A DNA stretch of 64,000 bases from Candidatus Omnitrophota bacterium. GTDB taxonomy: Bacteria; Omnitrophota; Gorgyraeia; Gygaellales; Profunditerraquicolaceae. The notes below the pieces were generated by a model, which was not told where the DNA came from, made no database searches, and saw only the letters and a program-made list of their open reading frames with translations. Below, piece by piece: positions 28,330-37,808 of this stretch. Every line of letters starts with the position of its first letter. Positions within the stretch are counted from its first letter, which is position 1. The position numbers and the translations under genes are program-made. The stretch is taken from assembly GCA_003598135.1 (NCBI GenBank), contig QZKA01000024.1, positions 619 through 64,618 on the forward strand, given 5' to 3'.

Positions 28330-29111
28330 TCCAGGTATTCTATCTTTTTTACTTCGATGAGAGGGTATGCGTAGCCGGGTAACGTGCGTAAAGTGCCGGT
28401 TATTCTGGCGCGATAATTATTGAACTGGTTCAGGGTTTGCTTATCGCAGCGTAAAAAATACTCCTTCCCTGAACGATCCACGATTTTATGCGTTGTTTTT
28501 CTGTTAAAGAATATTCCTTGCGGCCTTACAATGCCTTCGACAGAAACGCTGTTCTCGCCGGGCCCTTCAGGAGTGCCGGATAATTCCTTTCGTATTTCTT
28601 TTTCGGAAGGCTGCGGTAAGGGCTTTGGTTCTGCGGGTCCCGGTGAATTATCTTTTTGCACAAATCGCTTATGTATCCAGCCGAAGGACTTCGTGACCGG
28701 CTTGATCTTATACCATGCTCCTGCGTCTGCCACTATGTTGACTACTTCCCCTTTTATGGCCCGCCCAATTATAGGAGAAGACTCATTGGGCTCTAGCCTA
28801 ATATTTATCCTCTCTTTGATTATTTCCGCCGAAGAACCTGCCTCTTTTGCGATAAGGTCTTTGCGGACAAAAGAAGGCGCATCGCCTGGTACCCTGACCT
28901 TATACCATTCGTATAACTCTGCGAGCACCTCAAGTGAATCGCCCTTGCCGGCATCACAGATAACAGGCGAGCTCACCGTAGAATCAGACCGTATATGTAT
29001 ACCGTCGGACGTCACTATTCCTTTAAACGGCGTAAAATCTTCGGCACTACATATGCCGCAGGTGAAAAAGATAAGCAGCGCGCTAGTAATAATGAGGGCC
29101 TTAAGTGACAT
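28326..29111 (-). CDS. secreted protein with two bacterial SH3 domains
   Basis: Signal peptide; repeats IHIRS...WYKV and INIRL...WYKI..GWIH. Confidence 0.8.
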   Translation of the reverse strand: MSLKALIITSALLIFFTCGICSAEDFTPFKGIVTSDGIHIRSDSTVSSPVICDAGKGDSLEVLAELYEWYKVRVPGDAPSFVRKDLIAKEAGSSAEIIKERINIRLEPNESSPIIGRAIKGEVVNIVADAGAWYKIKPVTKSFGWIHKRFVQKDNSPGPAEPKPLPQPSEKEIRKELSGTPEGPGENSVSVEGIVRPQGIFFNRKTTHKIVDRSGKEYFLRCDKQTLNQFNNYRARITGTLRTLPGYAYPLIEVKKIEYLE

Positions 29112-29117
29112 ATAGAG

Positions 29118-29417
29118 TTATTTACCCTTTTCTGAGCCTTTGGCGCCTGTCTGTTCTTTTCCTTTGGCACCTGCCTGTTCTTTAGTGGCAGGCGTGGCAG
29201 TAGCAGCACCTTCCGTACCGGCAACAGCTTCGGTTTTTTCGGCCTTTTCCTTCTTGATCTTGATTCGTACCGTTTTGATCTTCGGCAGCCCGTAAACGTC
29301 GTCTTTTTCCGACCACTCGTTCTTTTCGCTCATCAACTTAAGGCGTTCAATCCGTTTTAATACGGACCGCTGCTTCTTTGATTTATCTGCCGCACTCAAT
29401 GATGGATGTATTGACAT
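29118..29417 (-). CDS. PVC-type small basic protein
   Basis: MSIHPSL..RSVLKRIERL..W...VYGLPK, Lys-rich; C-terminal KEQxGAKG duplication. Confidence 0.85.
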   Translation of the reverse strand: MSIHPSLSAADKSKKQRSVLKRIERLKLMSEKNEWSEKDDVYGLPKIKTVRIKIKKEKAEKTEAVAGTEGAATATPATKEQAGAKGKEQTGAKGSEKGK

Positions 29418-29422
29418 GTTTT

Positions 29423-29974
29423 CTACAACCTCCTGATGTAACAGTCGCGGAACGTTTTTTTAAGCTCGCTTAATAGCGACCGTGCCTTTTCTTTATTTGG
29501 AAAATTACCTACGCATACGATACTGTATTTGCCTCTGGATAAGATTATCGGTGAATGCCCCCTGTCCTTAAGTTTTACCGCTGCTTGTTCGGCATGTTTC
29601 TTTGTCTGAAAAGTAGCTACCTGGATCGTGTATGTATCAAGGGCAGGATTTGCATTTTTCAAAAATTCTTTTACAGAAGACGGCTGCGTAGTAGAGGCAA
29701 CCGCGACCTGCTCCTTGGGGGGTTGCGTATCCTGAGGCCTAGATGCGACATCAATAAATGAGGCGTGGTATACCCTTGCTGTCTTTTTGCCTTTTTCAAT
29801 ACCGATACAATACGCTAAAGTAGCGGTCGTCAAAAACCCGATGATAATGAGGATCGATTTTTCGTGATTTCTTAACGCAAGCAGGGTACGGCTTTGCTCA
29901 TGCCTCTTTCGCGGCGTTGCGGGATCCCCTGAGTCTGAAAATAATTCCAGCTGTGAATAATTAGCCCTATTCAT
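29423..29974 (-). CDS. SPOR-domain membrane protein
   Basis: One TM helix, C-terminal YTIQVATF...VCVGNF..KEKA. Confidence 0.82.
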   Translation of the reverse strand: MNRANYSQLELFSDSGDPATPRKRHEQSRTLLALRNHEKSILIIIGFLTTATLAYCIGIEKGKKTARVYHASFIDVASRPQDTQPPKEQVAVASTTQPSSVKEFLKNANPALDTYTIQVATFQTKKHAEQAAVKLKDRGHSPIILSRGKYSIVCVGNFPNKEKARSLLSELKKTFRDCYIRRL

Positions 29975-29995
29975 ATTCTGCGTATTATATACTGC

Positions 29996-31057
29996 CTATT
30001 TCCTCAGTTGCAAGTATTTTTTTGCAACCTTTTTAGAGATTTTTAGGAATGCCTCCACTACTTTGGGGTCAAATTGGCTGCCGCTTTTCTTGCGTATTTC
30101 GTTAATCGCCTTGTCAATATTCATCCTTTCGCGGTAAGGCCTGCCGTATACCATCGCCTCAAACGCATCAGCGACTGCCATTATCCTAGCGCCAAGAGGA
30201 ATCTGCCCTTTTTTTAGTTTTGACGGATAGCCGGTGCCGTCAAATTTTTCATGATGATGCATAATAATGGGTATTGCCGGTTTTAAGACCTGAAGCGGCC
30301 GTAAAATCTGAACCCCTTTTATCGGATGCGTCTTAATAATGCGGAATTCATGAGGGGTAAGTTTTGAAGTCTTAGTAAGTATCTCAAGCGGGATATCGAC
30401 CTTGCCCGCGTCATGAAGGAGGCTAGCGTACTCAATGCTCTCAGCCTGCTTCTGTTCGATGTTCATCTGATGCGCTATCGCGGTCACTAATTTACTGAAA
30501 TAAGAAGAATGGGTATATTCCTGCGGCACGCGTTTATCCAGAAGAGAAACCAATGACTTAAGGCTCCCCAACACAATCTTTTGCTGCTCTACATACAGCT
30601 GCATGTTCTTGATCCCGATCATGACTTGCTCAAGCAAGGTGGTCAATGTATCCTGGTCATAATTATCAAATGCGGGCTGACGCCTTCCCCGTTTTACAAT
30701 AATAAGGCCCATGATATCTTCGGAAATAAGAGGCAGCCCTAGCAGGTGATGATTACGAACCGTCGCAAGCCTATCGATGATTTTTTTCTCAAGCCCGTTT
30801 GTAATCCTTTGTTTTTTATCGATGACTTTTTTGTGCCTGCCGCTTACAATACACCGGAAGCTTGAAAATTTCTTCGTAGAATCAAGAATTAGGATAACGC
30901 AATACCTGGCATCCAGGATCTGACACACCAGCCTCGCCAGACGGATAACAAGGTCTTTTAATTCGAATGTCGAGTTCACGAGCCGATAGACGCTGTGAAT
31001 CGCCGAGATTAGCTTTTTATACCTTCTCGTAGGGGTCAAATAATTTTTTGTACTCAT
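29996..31057 (-). CDS. HD-GYP cyclic di-nucleotide phosphodiesterase with GAF-like N-terminus
   Basis: LHDAGK, HHHEKFDGTGYP, IPLGARIMAVADAFEAM, RPYR, QFDP. Confidence 0.9.
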   Translation of the reverse strand: MSTKNYLTPTRRYKKLISAIHSVYRLVNSTFELKDLVIRLARLVCQILDARYCVILILDSTKKFSSFRCIVSGRHKKVIDKKQRITNGLEKKIIDRLATVRNHHLLGLPLISEDIMGLIIVKRGRRQPAFDNYDQDTLTTLLEQVMIGIKNMQLYVEQQKIVLGSLKSLVSLLDKRVPQEYTHSSYFSKLVTAIAHQMNIEQKQAESIEYASLLHDAGKVDIPLEILTKTSKLTPHEFRIIKTHPIKGVQILRPLQVLKPAIPIIMHHHEKFDGTGYPSKLKKGQIPLGARIMAVADAFEAMVYGRPYRERMNIDKAINEIRKKSGSQFDPKVVEAFLKISKKVAKKYLQLRK

Positions 31058-32171
31058 CTAGCGCGTACCTGTCAGTCATGCCGGCGATATAATCGCAGAT
31101 TGCCCTCTTCTTCCCGTCACTAGCTATCCTCTTCTGGATATGCACCGGTAAAGCCTTAGGTTTCGATAAATACACATCAAATAATTCACCGATAAAATGT
31201 TTTGCCTTTTCGCTCATTCTCACCACGCGGTAGTGATGGTATAATTTCGAAATCAGGAATTTCCTTAAAGGAACCCTTTGCTTCTCTATTTTGCTGCTGA
31301 AGGTAATTATCTTCTCTCGTATCCTTTTGACGTCCAGATGGTTTGCCGGCTTAAGCGCGTCAAGCTTCTTAAGTGAAGTAGTGATCAAATCGGTTACCTG
31401 CATATCAATAAGCGAACGAATGATTAGGTATTTTCGCTTATCGTCATCCATTGTACCATACTTCTTTGAAATTTCCCTATAAATGTTATTCCATATCGGG
31501 ACCTCGGCCAGTTCCGGCTCCTTAAGCAGCCCGGAGGTAATGCCATCGTCAATATCGTGGTTGTCGTAGGCGATTTCATCGGCTACATCGACAACCTGCG
31601 TTTCAAGGGTGGGCATTTCGTCGGGAGCAAGATCTTTGAGCTTGAAACTCGTATCAAACGCAGATGAATGCTTGACTATGCCCTCTCTTACCTCCCAGCT
31701 TAAGTTTAAGCCCGGGTAATCAGGATATCGTTCCTCAAGAAGGTCTACTACTCTTAACCCTTGCAGGTTATGATTAAAACCCCCTTCCTTTGCCATGAGC
31801 TCGTTGAGTGCATCTTCTCCGGAATGCCCAAAAGGCGTATGCCCCAAGTCGTGCGCAAGGGCGATGGCCTCGGTTAGGTCTACATTAAGACACAAGGCTG
31901 AGGCGATAGTCCTGGCAATCTGTGCGACCTCAAGGGTATGCGTTAATCTGGTCCGGTAATAATCGCCTTCGTGATTCACGAAAACCTGCGTCTTGTATTC
32001 AAGCCTCCTAAAAGCAGCGGAATGAATTATCCTGTCCCTGTCTCGCTGGTATAGAGACCGGTAGGGGTGATCCTTCTCCTTGTGCACCCTGCCACGTGAA
32101 TTATAACTTTTCATGGCATAGGGAGCAAGGAGCTCGTCCTCAAGTTCTCTTACTGTTCTTACTTTCAGCAT
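31017..32171 (-). CDS. dgt: dGTP triphosphohydrolase
   Basis: YQRDRDRIIHSAAFRRL..KTQV, RTRLTHTLEV, HDLGHTPFGHSGE, DYIAGMTD. Confidence 0.95.
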   Translation of the reverse strand: MLKVRTVRELEDELLAPYAMKSYNSRGRVHKEKDHPYRSLYQRDRDRIIHSAAFRRLEYKTQVFVNHEGDYYRTRLTHTLEVAQIARTIASALCLNVDLTEAIALAHDLGHTPFGHSGEDALNELMAKEGGFNHNLQGLRVVDLLEERYPDYPGLNLSWEVREGIVKHSSAFDTSFKLKDLAPDEMPTLETQVVDVADEIAYDNHDIDDGITSGLLKEPELAEVPIWNNIYREISKKYGTMDDDKRKYLIIRSLIDMQVTDLITTSLKKLDALKPANHLDVKRIREKIITFSSKIEKQRVPLRKFLISKLYHHYRVVRMSEKAKHFIGELFDVYLSKPKALPVHIQKRIASDGKKRAICDYIAGMTDRYALDEYKKLFDPYEKV

Positions 32172-32646
32172 TCCGTAATTGCGTATAAAGCTGGTCAAGT
32201 GATTGAGAAATTACTTTTGTCTGATAAATCACGGGCATAAAGTTGGTATCGCCGATCCATCGGGGAACAATGTGTATATGCAGATGACCGGGAATACCGG
32301 CGCCTGCAACCATCGAAGTATTGATCCCTATATTAAATCCGTGGGGCTTAAGGACTTTGACAAGGAGCTTTTGTACCCTCGTAAGCGCAGCGAATAGATC
32401 AAGTACTTCATGAGGCTTTAATTGCGCCAAATCCTTTACGTGCCTTTTGGGGCATACCATCATATGACCGTTGTTATACGGGTAAAGATTAAGGATAGCT
32501 AGTGAATAACGGGTTTGTAGTATTGCCTGTTTTTTCGTGCGCGGGCGCTGGCTGTAGCAAAAGATGCATTTCTTTGTTTTGTTATTGGACCGGACGTAAT
32601 GGATGCGCCACGGAGCCCAAAGCCTGTCAATTTTGTCAGCGTTCAT
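32140..32646 (-). CDS. HIT family hydrolase (Ap4A phosphorylase-like)
   Basis: LWAPWR, CIFC, NLYPYNNGH, HLHIHIVPRW.GD.NF. Confidence 0.92.
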   Translation of the reverse strand: MNADKIDRLWAPWRIHYVRSNNKTKKCIFCYSQRPRTKKQAILQTRYSLAILNLYPYNNGHMMVCPKRHVKDLAQLKPHEVLDLFAALTRVQKLLVKVLKPHGFNIGINTSMVAGAGIPGHLHIHIVPRWIGDTNFMPVIYQTKVISQSLDQLYTQLRNAESKNSKRT

Positions 32647-33131
32647 AACTTAATGATTTTCGACTCTATGGCGTCGTTTATCTCGATTATACCGTATGAA
32701 TTAAAAGGCGTAAATAACTTATCGGTCACGCTTCCGGGGTTGAAGAATTTAATGCCCTTTTTCACAAATTCTGCCGGTCGGTGCGAATGGCCAAAAATAA
32801 CCAAGTTGACATTATCGTTTTTAAATTCCTCCAGCAATAATTCCGGTAATTTATCGGGATGACCGTAGCCATGCATTATCCCGATCCTGAATTTTCCGAT
32901 TTTGAGAATCTTTTTGCCGGGGAGCAACTCCCTGACTTCTGCAGGGTCCATGTTACCCCATACTGCCTGCACGTTCTTGCAAACGCGCTTCAACTCTTCT
33001 ATGACAGCGGCCTCAACGAGGTCGCCTGCATGAATTACCATATCGACATGCCTGAATTCCTTAAGGATTACCTCCGGAATTGCATCCGCCCTGTCGGGAA
33101 TATGGGTATCGGCAATAACTCCTATTTTCAC
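32643..33131 (-). CDS. YfcE-family metallophosphoesterase
   Basis: IADTH, HAGD, GNMD, HG, FGHSH, NPGS. Confidence 0.92.
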   Translation of the reverse strand: MKIGVIADTHIPDRADAIPEVILKEFRHVDMVIHAGDLVEAAVIEELKRVCKNVQAVWGNMDPAEVRELLPGKKILKIGKFRIGIMHGYGHPDKLPELLLEEFKNDNVNLVIFGHSHRPAEFVKKGIKFFNPGSVTDKLFTPFNSYGIIEINDAIESKIIKL

Positions 33132-34720
33132 GCGATTATCCTCGGCCTAGAATATAAATCAAGGATCTGGTTTAAGTGCTCAAGGTTTAGTGTGAGAATC
33201 TTCTCGTCAAGAGCCCGTAAACGGCTATTCTCATCAAGGTTCTTAAACGCGATAATAATCTTTCTTTGCATCTTATGGCGGAACTTTTTGCATTCTTTTG
33301 CGAACTCGGAAATATCGTCTTCGGTAAGCGGCTCAAAGTTAAGCCCCATAATCCATAAACTGTCCGTAGAACGGCACAAAAGCCCTTCCCTTAAATTAGG
33401 CTTCCCGAATTCAAGGGGCTTGATCTCCCTGAAATGGTAAAGTTTGATCTTTTTCTTTTCAAACTGAATCGTGTCGTTTTCAAAGAGCCTCAATAATTCA
33501 ATGATGCGCTCAGTGACCGGTTTGTTTGCATCAAGGAGAAACTCCTGTAGCATTGATTCAAGGCTCTTCCTGAACGCGGCTTTCTGGCTTTTGGCATCAA
33601 AGGTCAGAGAGTGTAATTTTTCCTGGTATACAAATTTAAGCCAGAACCCAAATACCCGGTCATTGATTTTTAAAAAATCGCCGGTCCGGCTGATTACGTC
33701 GGACTCAAGCAGCTCATCAATCCTTGCCCTTAGTTGCGCCTGGGGCTTACGCATAAGATGGGAAATTTCCTTATATTTATTATGCCCGCTTGCCACCAAA
33801 TAAAGGATATGCTGGTACTCCGAGCTAAAACGGCTGTCCTGGAAACGCTTGAGGTAATTGGAAAATTTATGATGCATGATTCCGGATGATGAAAAAAGAA
33901 GGTTTTCCAATATATCGACGAGTGATTCTTCTTTTGCGTGCGAGAGCGCTTCAGCAATCATCTGCACGTAAAGAGGAGTCCCCCCGGTAAAATTCACGAT
34001 AAAATTCCGTATACCCCTGCTTAGATTAAGCCCGGGCAATAAGTAATCGATAAATTGGCCGGTAGTATCCATGTCAAACGGTTCGATAGTTATCAATTCA
34101 AAATTCCCGAAGAGCAAACTAAGTTCTTTGGAGAGTATTACCTGGGCTTTGTGTTTCCGGGAACTGATTATAATATACATGGTATTTTTTTGAGTAATCA
34201 AAAGCTTCGACCATTCCGCATAAAGGCGTTTTTTTCCAATAAACTCAAGGTTATGGAATTCGTCCAGAATAACACAGGTACGTTTTTGCGTTTCTTGATA
34301 GAGCGATTCGCAAAGAGAAAGCAGCTCTGAAAACATATTTTCTTTTTTGCCCTTTGCCAGGTCACTTAGAAGTGAGTTGATTTTACTGACGGTGTGCGGT
34401 ATATAGGATGAGGCCTTTTTGACGAGGAAATCCAGGTTTTCTTTAAGCTCTAGGTTACTATTGATAAGAAAATTATAGAGCAGTACACCGATAAACCTCC
34501 TGGCAAAAGAAACGAGCGTTTCCTGCCTGACGTCAAGATACACAAACACAAGGCGGGATTCACAGACAGAATCAAGGAATTTCGAAATAATCGATGTCTT
34601 ACCTATTGAATCGTCTCCGATTAGTGCAATATTCTGCCGATATCCGTCTCTAAATGCGGCTGTTCTTTTTTGCAGGACATTAAGGTACTCAGCCCGATCG
34701 AAAATATTATCTTTTAGCAT
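33128..34720 (-). CDS. archaeal-type P-loop ATPase (AAA + winged helix + C-terminal domain)
   Basis: FDR..L, Walker A GDDSIGKT, Walker B CVILDEFH, TGGTP.Y, I.DRVFGFW. Confidence 0.75.
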   Translation of the reverse strand: MLKDNIFDRAEYLNVLQKRTAAFRDGYRQNIALIGDDSIGKTSIISKFLDSVCESRLVFVYLDVRQETLVSFARRFIGVLLYNFLINSNLELKENLDFLVKKASSYIPHTVSKINSLLSDLAKGKKENMFSELLSLCESLYQETQKRTCVILDEFHNLEFIGKKRLYAEWSKLLITQKNTMYIIISSRKHKAQVILSKELSLLFGNFELITIEPFDMDTTGQFIDYLLPGLNLSRGIRNFIVNFTGGTPLYVQMIAEALSHAKEESLVDILENLLFSSSGIMHHKFSNYLKRFQDSRFSSEYQHILYLVASGHNKYKEISHLMRKPQAQLRARIDELLESDVISRTGDFLKINDRVFGFWLKFVYQEKLHSLTFDAKSQKAAFRKSLESMLQEFLLDANKPVTERIIELLRLFENDTIQFEKKKIKLYHFREIKPLEFGKPNLREGLLCRSTDSLWIMGLNFEPLTEDDISEFAKECKKFRHKMQRKIIIAFKNLDENSRLRALDEKILTLNLEHLNQILDLYSRPRIIA

Positions 34721-34733
34721 TTTAGCCTAGGCA

Positions 34734-35405
34734 CTAGTTTGGAAGAAAAAAATATGGGTTTTGAGGAAAGTGGCCTTTGCGAATCTCAAAGTGGAGATAC
34801 GCACTTTCCTGTTTTCCTATCGCGCCTACCTTTGCGATCATCTCGCCCTTATGCACCGTAGCACCCTTCTGCACAAGGACAGATGTAACCCTTGAATATA
34901 CTGTCAAAAATCCGTCGCCGTGGTCAATAATAACCGTTTTACCGAAGGAAAGAAAATTATCGCTGTAAAATACTACTTTTCCCGTACGCGCGGCAACGAC
35001 CGAGGCATCCTTGGGCGCCTGGATATTAATGCCCTTAGTTATGACGTTGTCAAAAAGTTGGCCGAAAGTAGCTATGACCCTGCCTTTCACTGGCCAGATA
35101 AAATCTTCCTGCGTGTATGCCTGACTGGGATCATTGGGTTTTTGTTTGCCGGGAATAAAAAGAAACTGCCCTGCTTCGACGCGGCTTGTGTCGGTAATGC
35201 GGTTAATACGAGCTAATTCATTGAGATCGGTATCATGCATCCGGGATATTCCATACAAAGTTTGTCCTCTTGAAATCTGGTGATAGAATCCCGGTGTGCC
35301 GGCAGCAATAATCCCGGAATGCATAGGCGAAGCGCATCCCATGACGCCAAACGCAGATACTGCGACGATACAATAGGCGAAGTGTGTAGCAATATTATTT
35401 TGCAT
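34734..35405 (-). CDS. LysM + M23 (NlpD-like) lipoprotein
   Basis: Lipobox VMGC, LysM GQTLYGIS, FIWPVKG, VIIDH, LHFEIR. Confidence 0.88.
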   Translation of the reverse strand: MQNNIATHFAYCIVAVSAFGVMGCASPMHSGIIAAGTPGFYHQISRGQTLYGISRMHDTDLNELARINRITDTSRVEAGQFLFIPGKQKPNDPSQAYTQEDFIWPVKGRVIATFGQLFDNVITKGINIQAPKDASVVAARTGKVVFYSDNFLSFGKTVIIDHGDGFLTVYSRVTSVLVQKGATVHKGEMIAKVGAIGKQESAYLHFEIRKGHFPQNPYFFLPN

Positions 35406-35424
35406 TCACGGCTTAATTTATCCA

Positions 35425-35495
35425 AGCGGGCGAAGGGAATCGAACCCTCCTATCCAGCTTGGGAAGCTGGTGTTCTACCGATGAACTACGCCCGC
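35425..35495 (-). tRNA. tRNA-Gly (anticodon CCC)
   Basis: GCGGGCG TAGTTCATCGGTAGAAC A CCAGC TTCCCAA GCTGG ATAG GAGGG TTCGATT CCCTT CGCCCGC T; CCA not encoded. Confidence 0.95.
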
Positions 35496-35507
35496 AAAAA
35501 ATCAGTT

Positions 35508-36800
35508 TTAAAGATATGACTCTTCCGTTATTTTTATTGAACAATATTCCCCGCACATCGTGCATACATCCGAAAGGCGGGGCTGCGAAATCATCCTGGA
35601 GGCGCCTGCTTTTTCAGGATCGACGGAAAGGGCAATCTGTTTTTCCCAATTCCGCTGCCTGCGTGCCTCTGACATCTTTTTATCCCAATCTTTAGCGGCA
35701 GGAAAACCTTTTACTATATCAGCTGCATGCGCTGCAATCTTTGAAGCAATGACGCCGTCCCTTACGTCTTCGGAACTAGGGTGTTTGAGGTGCTCGGCAG
35801 GGGTTACGTAACAGAGAAAATCTGCGCCGTAACTTGCTGCAAGCGCGCCACCGATTGAACCACTAATATGGTCATACCCTGAGGCGACATCCGTTACCAG
35901 GGGCCCCAGCACATAAAATGGGGCGCCGCGGCATATCCGTTTTTCAAGAAGCACATTCTTTTTTATCTGATCAAGCGGCACATGGCCGGGCCCCTCGATT
36001 ATTACCTGGACATTTCTCTTCCTTGCGCGGGCTGCAAGCTTGCCGAGGGTCTTTAACTCTTCCAGCTGCGGCTTATCGGTAGCATCAAGAATAGAGCCGG
36101 GGCGCAGACCATCGCCGAGGCTCAAAGTGATATCAAACTCGCATGCAATATCCAGGATAAGGTCGAAGTACTCATAAAAAGGGTTTTCTTTTTTATTCTT
36201 GCGCATCCAACACGAAAGTATTGCGCCTCCACGCGAAACGAGACTAAGTAGCCTCTTTTGCATCTTCAGGAGTTTGAGTGCTTTCTGGGTAACACCTGCG
36301 TGGATGGTAAAAAAATCAACGCCATCTTCTGCCTGCACACGCAATGTTTCCAGGATATCTTTGATTTCAAAACTCAAATAGTCTTTTCTGTTGACAGCAG
36401 CATTTACCGAGATTTCATATATCGGAACAGTCCCTACCGGAAGCGATGAGGCAGAAAGTATTTGTTGACGGATTTTTCGAATCTGCCCACCAATGCTCAA
36501 ATCCATCACCGTATCAGCACCATAGTGCTCTGCCGTTTCCAATTTTCTTAATTCTTCCGCGATGTCGGTTTTATCGGTTGAAGTGCCGATATTGGCATTT
36601 ATCTTAGTCCGCAAACCAAAACCTACTGCACATGGTTTTTTCACTACCCTGTTTGCATTATGAGGTATTGCTATTCTGCCTTCCTTGATGCGCCGCATTA
36701 ACACGGCACTGGAAATTCCCTCTGAGGCAGCAATCCTTTTCATCAACGGGGTAATCACCCCTCGTCTTGCCTGTCCTAATTGTGTCATACCTGCATTCAT
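35508..36800 (-). CDS. thiC: phosphomethylpyrimidine synthase
   Basis: TKINANIG, GADTVMDLS, GTVPIY, SRGG, SLGDGLRPG, EGPGH, CYVTPAEH, CTMCG.YC. Confidence 0.96.
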   Translation of the reverse strand: MNAGMTQLGQARRGVITPLMKRIAASEGISSAVLMRRIKEGRIAIPHNANRVVKKPCAVGFGLRTKINANIGTSTDKTDIAEELRKLETAEHYGADTVMDLSIGGQIRKIRQQILSASSLPVGTVPIYEISVNAAVNRKDYLSFEIKDILETLRVQAEDGVDFFTIHAGVTQKALKLLKMQKRLLSLVSRGGAILSCWMRKNKKENPFYEYFDLILDIACEFDITLSLGDGLRPGSILDATDKPQLEELKTLGKLAARARKRNVQVIIEGPGHVPLDQIKKNVLLEKRICRGAPFYVLGPLVTDVASGYDHISGSIGGALAASYGADFLCYVTPAEHLKHPSSEDVRDGVIASKIAAHAADIVKGFPAAKDWDKKMSEARRQRNWEKQIALSVDPEKAGASRMISQPRLSDVCTMCGEYCSIKITEESYL

Positions 36801-37432
36801 CGTAGCGCTTCCCGAAACGCACGGACTACAGGATAAGGGTCGGTAACCGCGCAGATTGCCTTTGCAACAGCAACCCTCCTTACCCCACACCGGACCAGTT
36901 CATTTATGTTGCTTCTATTTATCCCGCCGATAGCGAAAACCGGTATGCGTATTCTGTTTGTACAATTCCGTAGCACTGTTTTTTTTATCTTTTTTGACTC
37001 TGGTTTTGTCACGGTAATGAAACAAGGGCCGATACCAATATAATCGGCTCCTCCCTCTTGCGCCTTAAGCGCTTCTTGAATGCTCGCGCAGGAAATACCA
37101 ATAATCTTATCCTTTCCGAGCATCTTCCTTGCATAGGCAAGAGGCATATCCTGTTGTCCCAGATGTACACCATCTGCCTGCGCTGCCAACGCGATATCAA
37201 CGCGGTCGTTTACAATACAAAGAGCCTTTGTTTTCGCGAGAGCCTTCTTTAACTCAACAACCTCTTTTAAGGATGAACGCGCATCAGCGCATTTATCCCT
37301 GAACTGAAAAACCCTGATTCCTGCGTTTGCCATCCTCAATGCAACTTTCGAAATCTGTTTTCCAGCAAGCGCCCGCCTATCCAGAATGGCGTAAAGATGC
37401 GAGTTGTTCAGCTGCTTTCTTTTCCAGTTCAT
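36797..37432 (-). CDS. thiE: thiamine-phosphate synthase
   Basis: QFRDK, IVNDRVDIA, DGVHLGQQD, GADYIGIGP, FAIGGI. Confidence 0.92.
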   Translation of the reverse strand: MNWKRKQLNNSHLYAILDRRALAGKQISKVALRMANAGIRVFQFRDKCADARSSLKEVVELKKALAKTKALCIVNDRVDIALAAQADGVHLGQQDMPLAYARKMLGKDKIIGISCASIQEALKAQEGGADYIGIGPCFITVTKPESKKIKKTVLRNCTNRIRIPVFAIGGINRSNINELVRCGVRRVAVAKAICAVTDPYPVVRAFREALR

Positions 37433-37808
37433 ATACGCGGTACCGTAACTGTTTATAGTACAAGGCACAACGGCTGTCTTTGAGCTTAGAAAACTCTTCA
37501 AGTACTCTCACCGATTCTTTGACACGTTGAATATTCGCAAAGAAGATATCCGTGATATCCTTTCTTTTTAATTCGTTGTGTGCATGGAGCAGGCGGCCCT
37601 TGTCCTTAAAAGCCGACCTTTCCTCAAGGAGGCAGGATAGGCGAGTATACCGTTTGGCGGTTTTTTCTATACCGTGCCTTATTTGTTTGAGCCCGCTCGT
37701 CAGGCGCGCATTATCCAAAACAAACCTGCAAATATCTTCGCATACCCGTAAGCCTTCTTTGGCACGGTTGATATTCGCATCCAAAATCCTATTTATGCCC
37801 TTACGCAT
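37377..37808 (-). CDS. stand-alone ThiE N-terminal (ThiD2-like) domain protein
   Basis: RILDANINRAKEGLRVCED, AN..RV.ES.RVLEEF, RY.VY.LE. Confidence 0.82.
   Translation of the reverse strand: MRKGINRILDANINRAKEGLRVCEDICRFVLDNARLTSGLKQIRHGIEKTAKRYTRLSCLLEERSAFKDKGRLLHAHNELKRKDITDIFFANIQRVKESVRVLEEFSKLKDSRCALYYKQLRYRVYELEKKAAEQLASLRHSG

Noticed and set aside
35425-35495. tRNA-Gly as an integration site
   Set aside because: Flanked by core genes; no integrase and no duplicated tRNA 3' end seen
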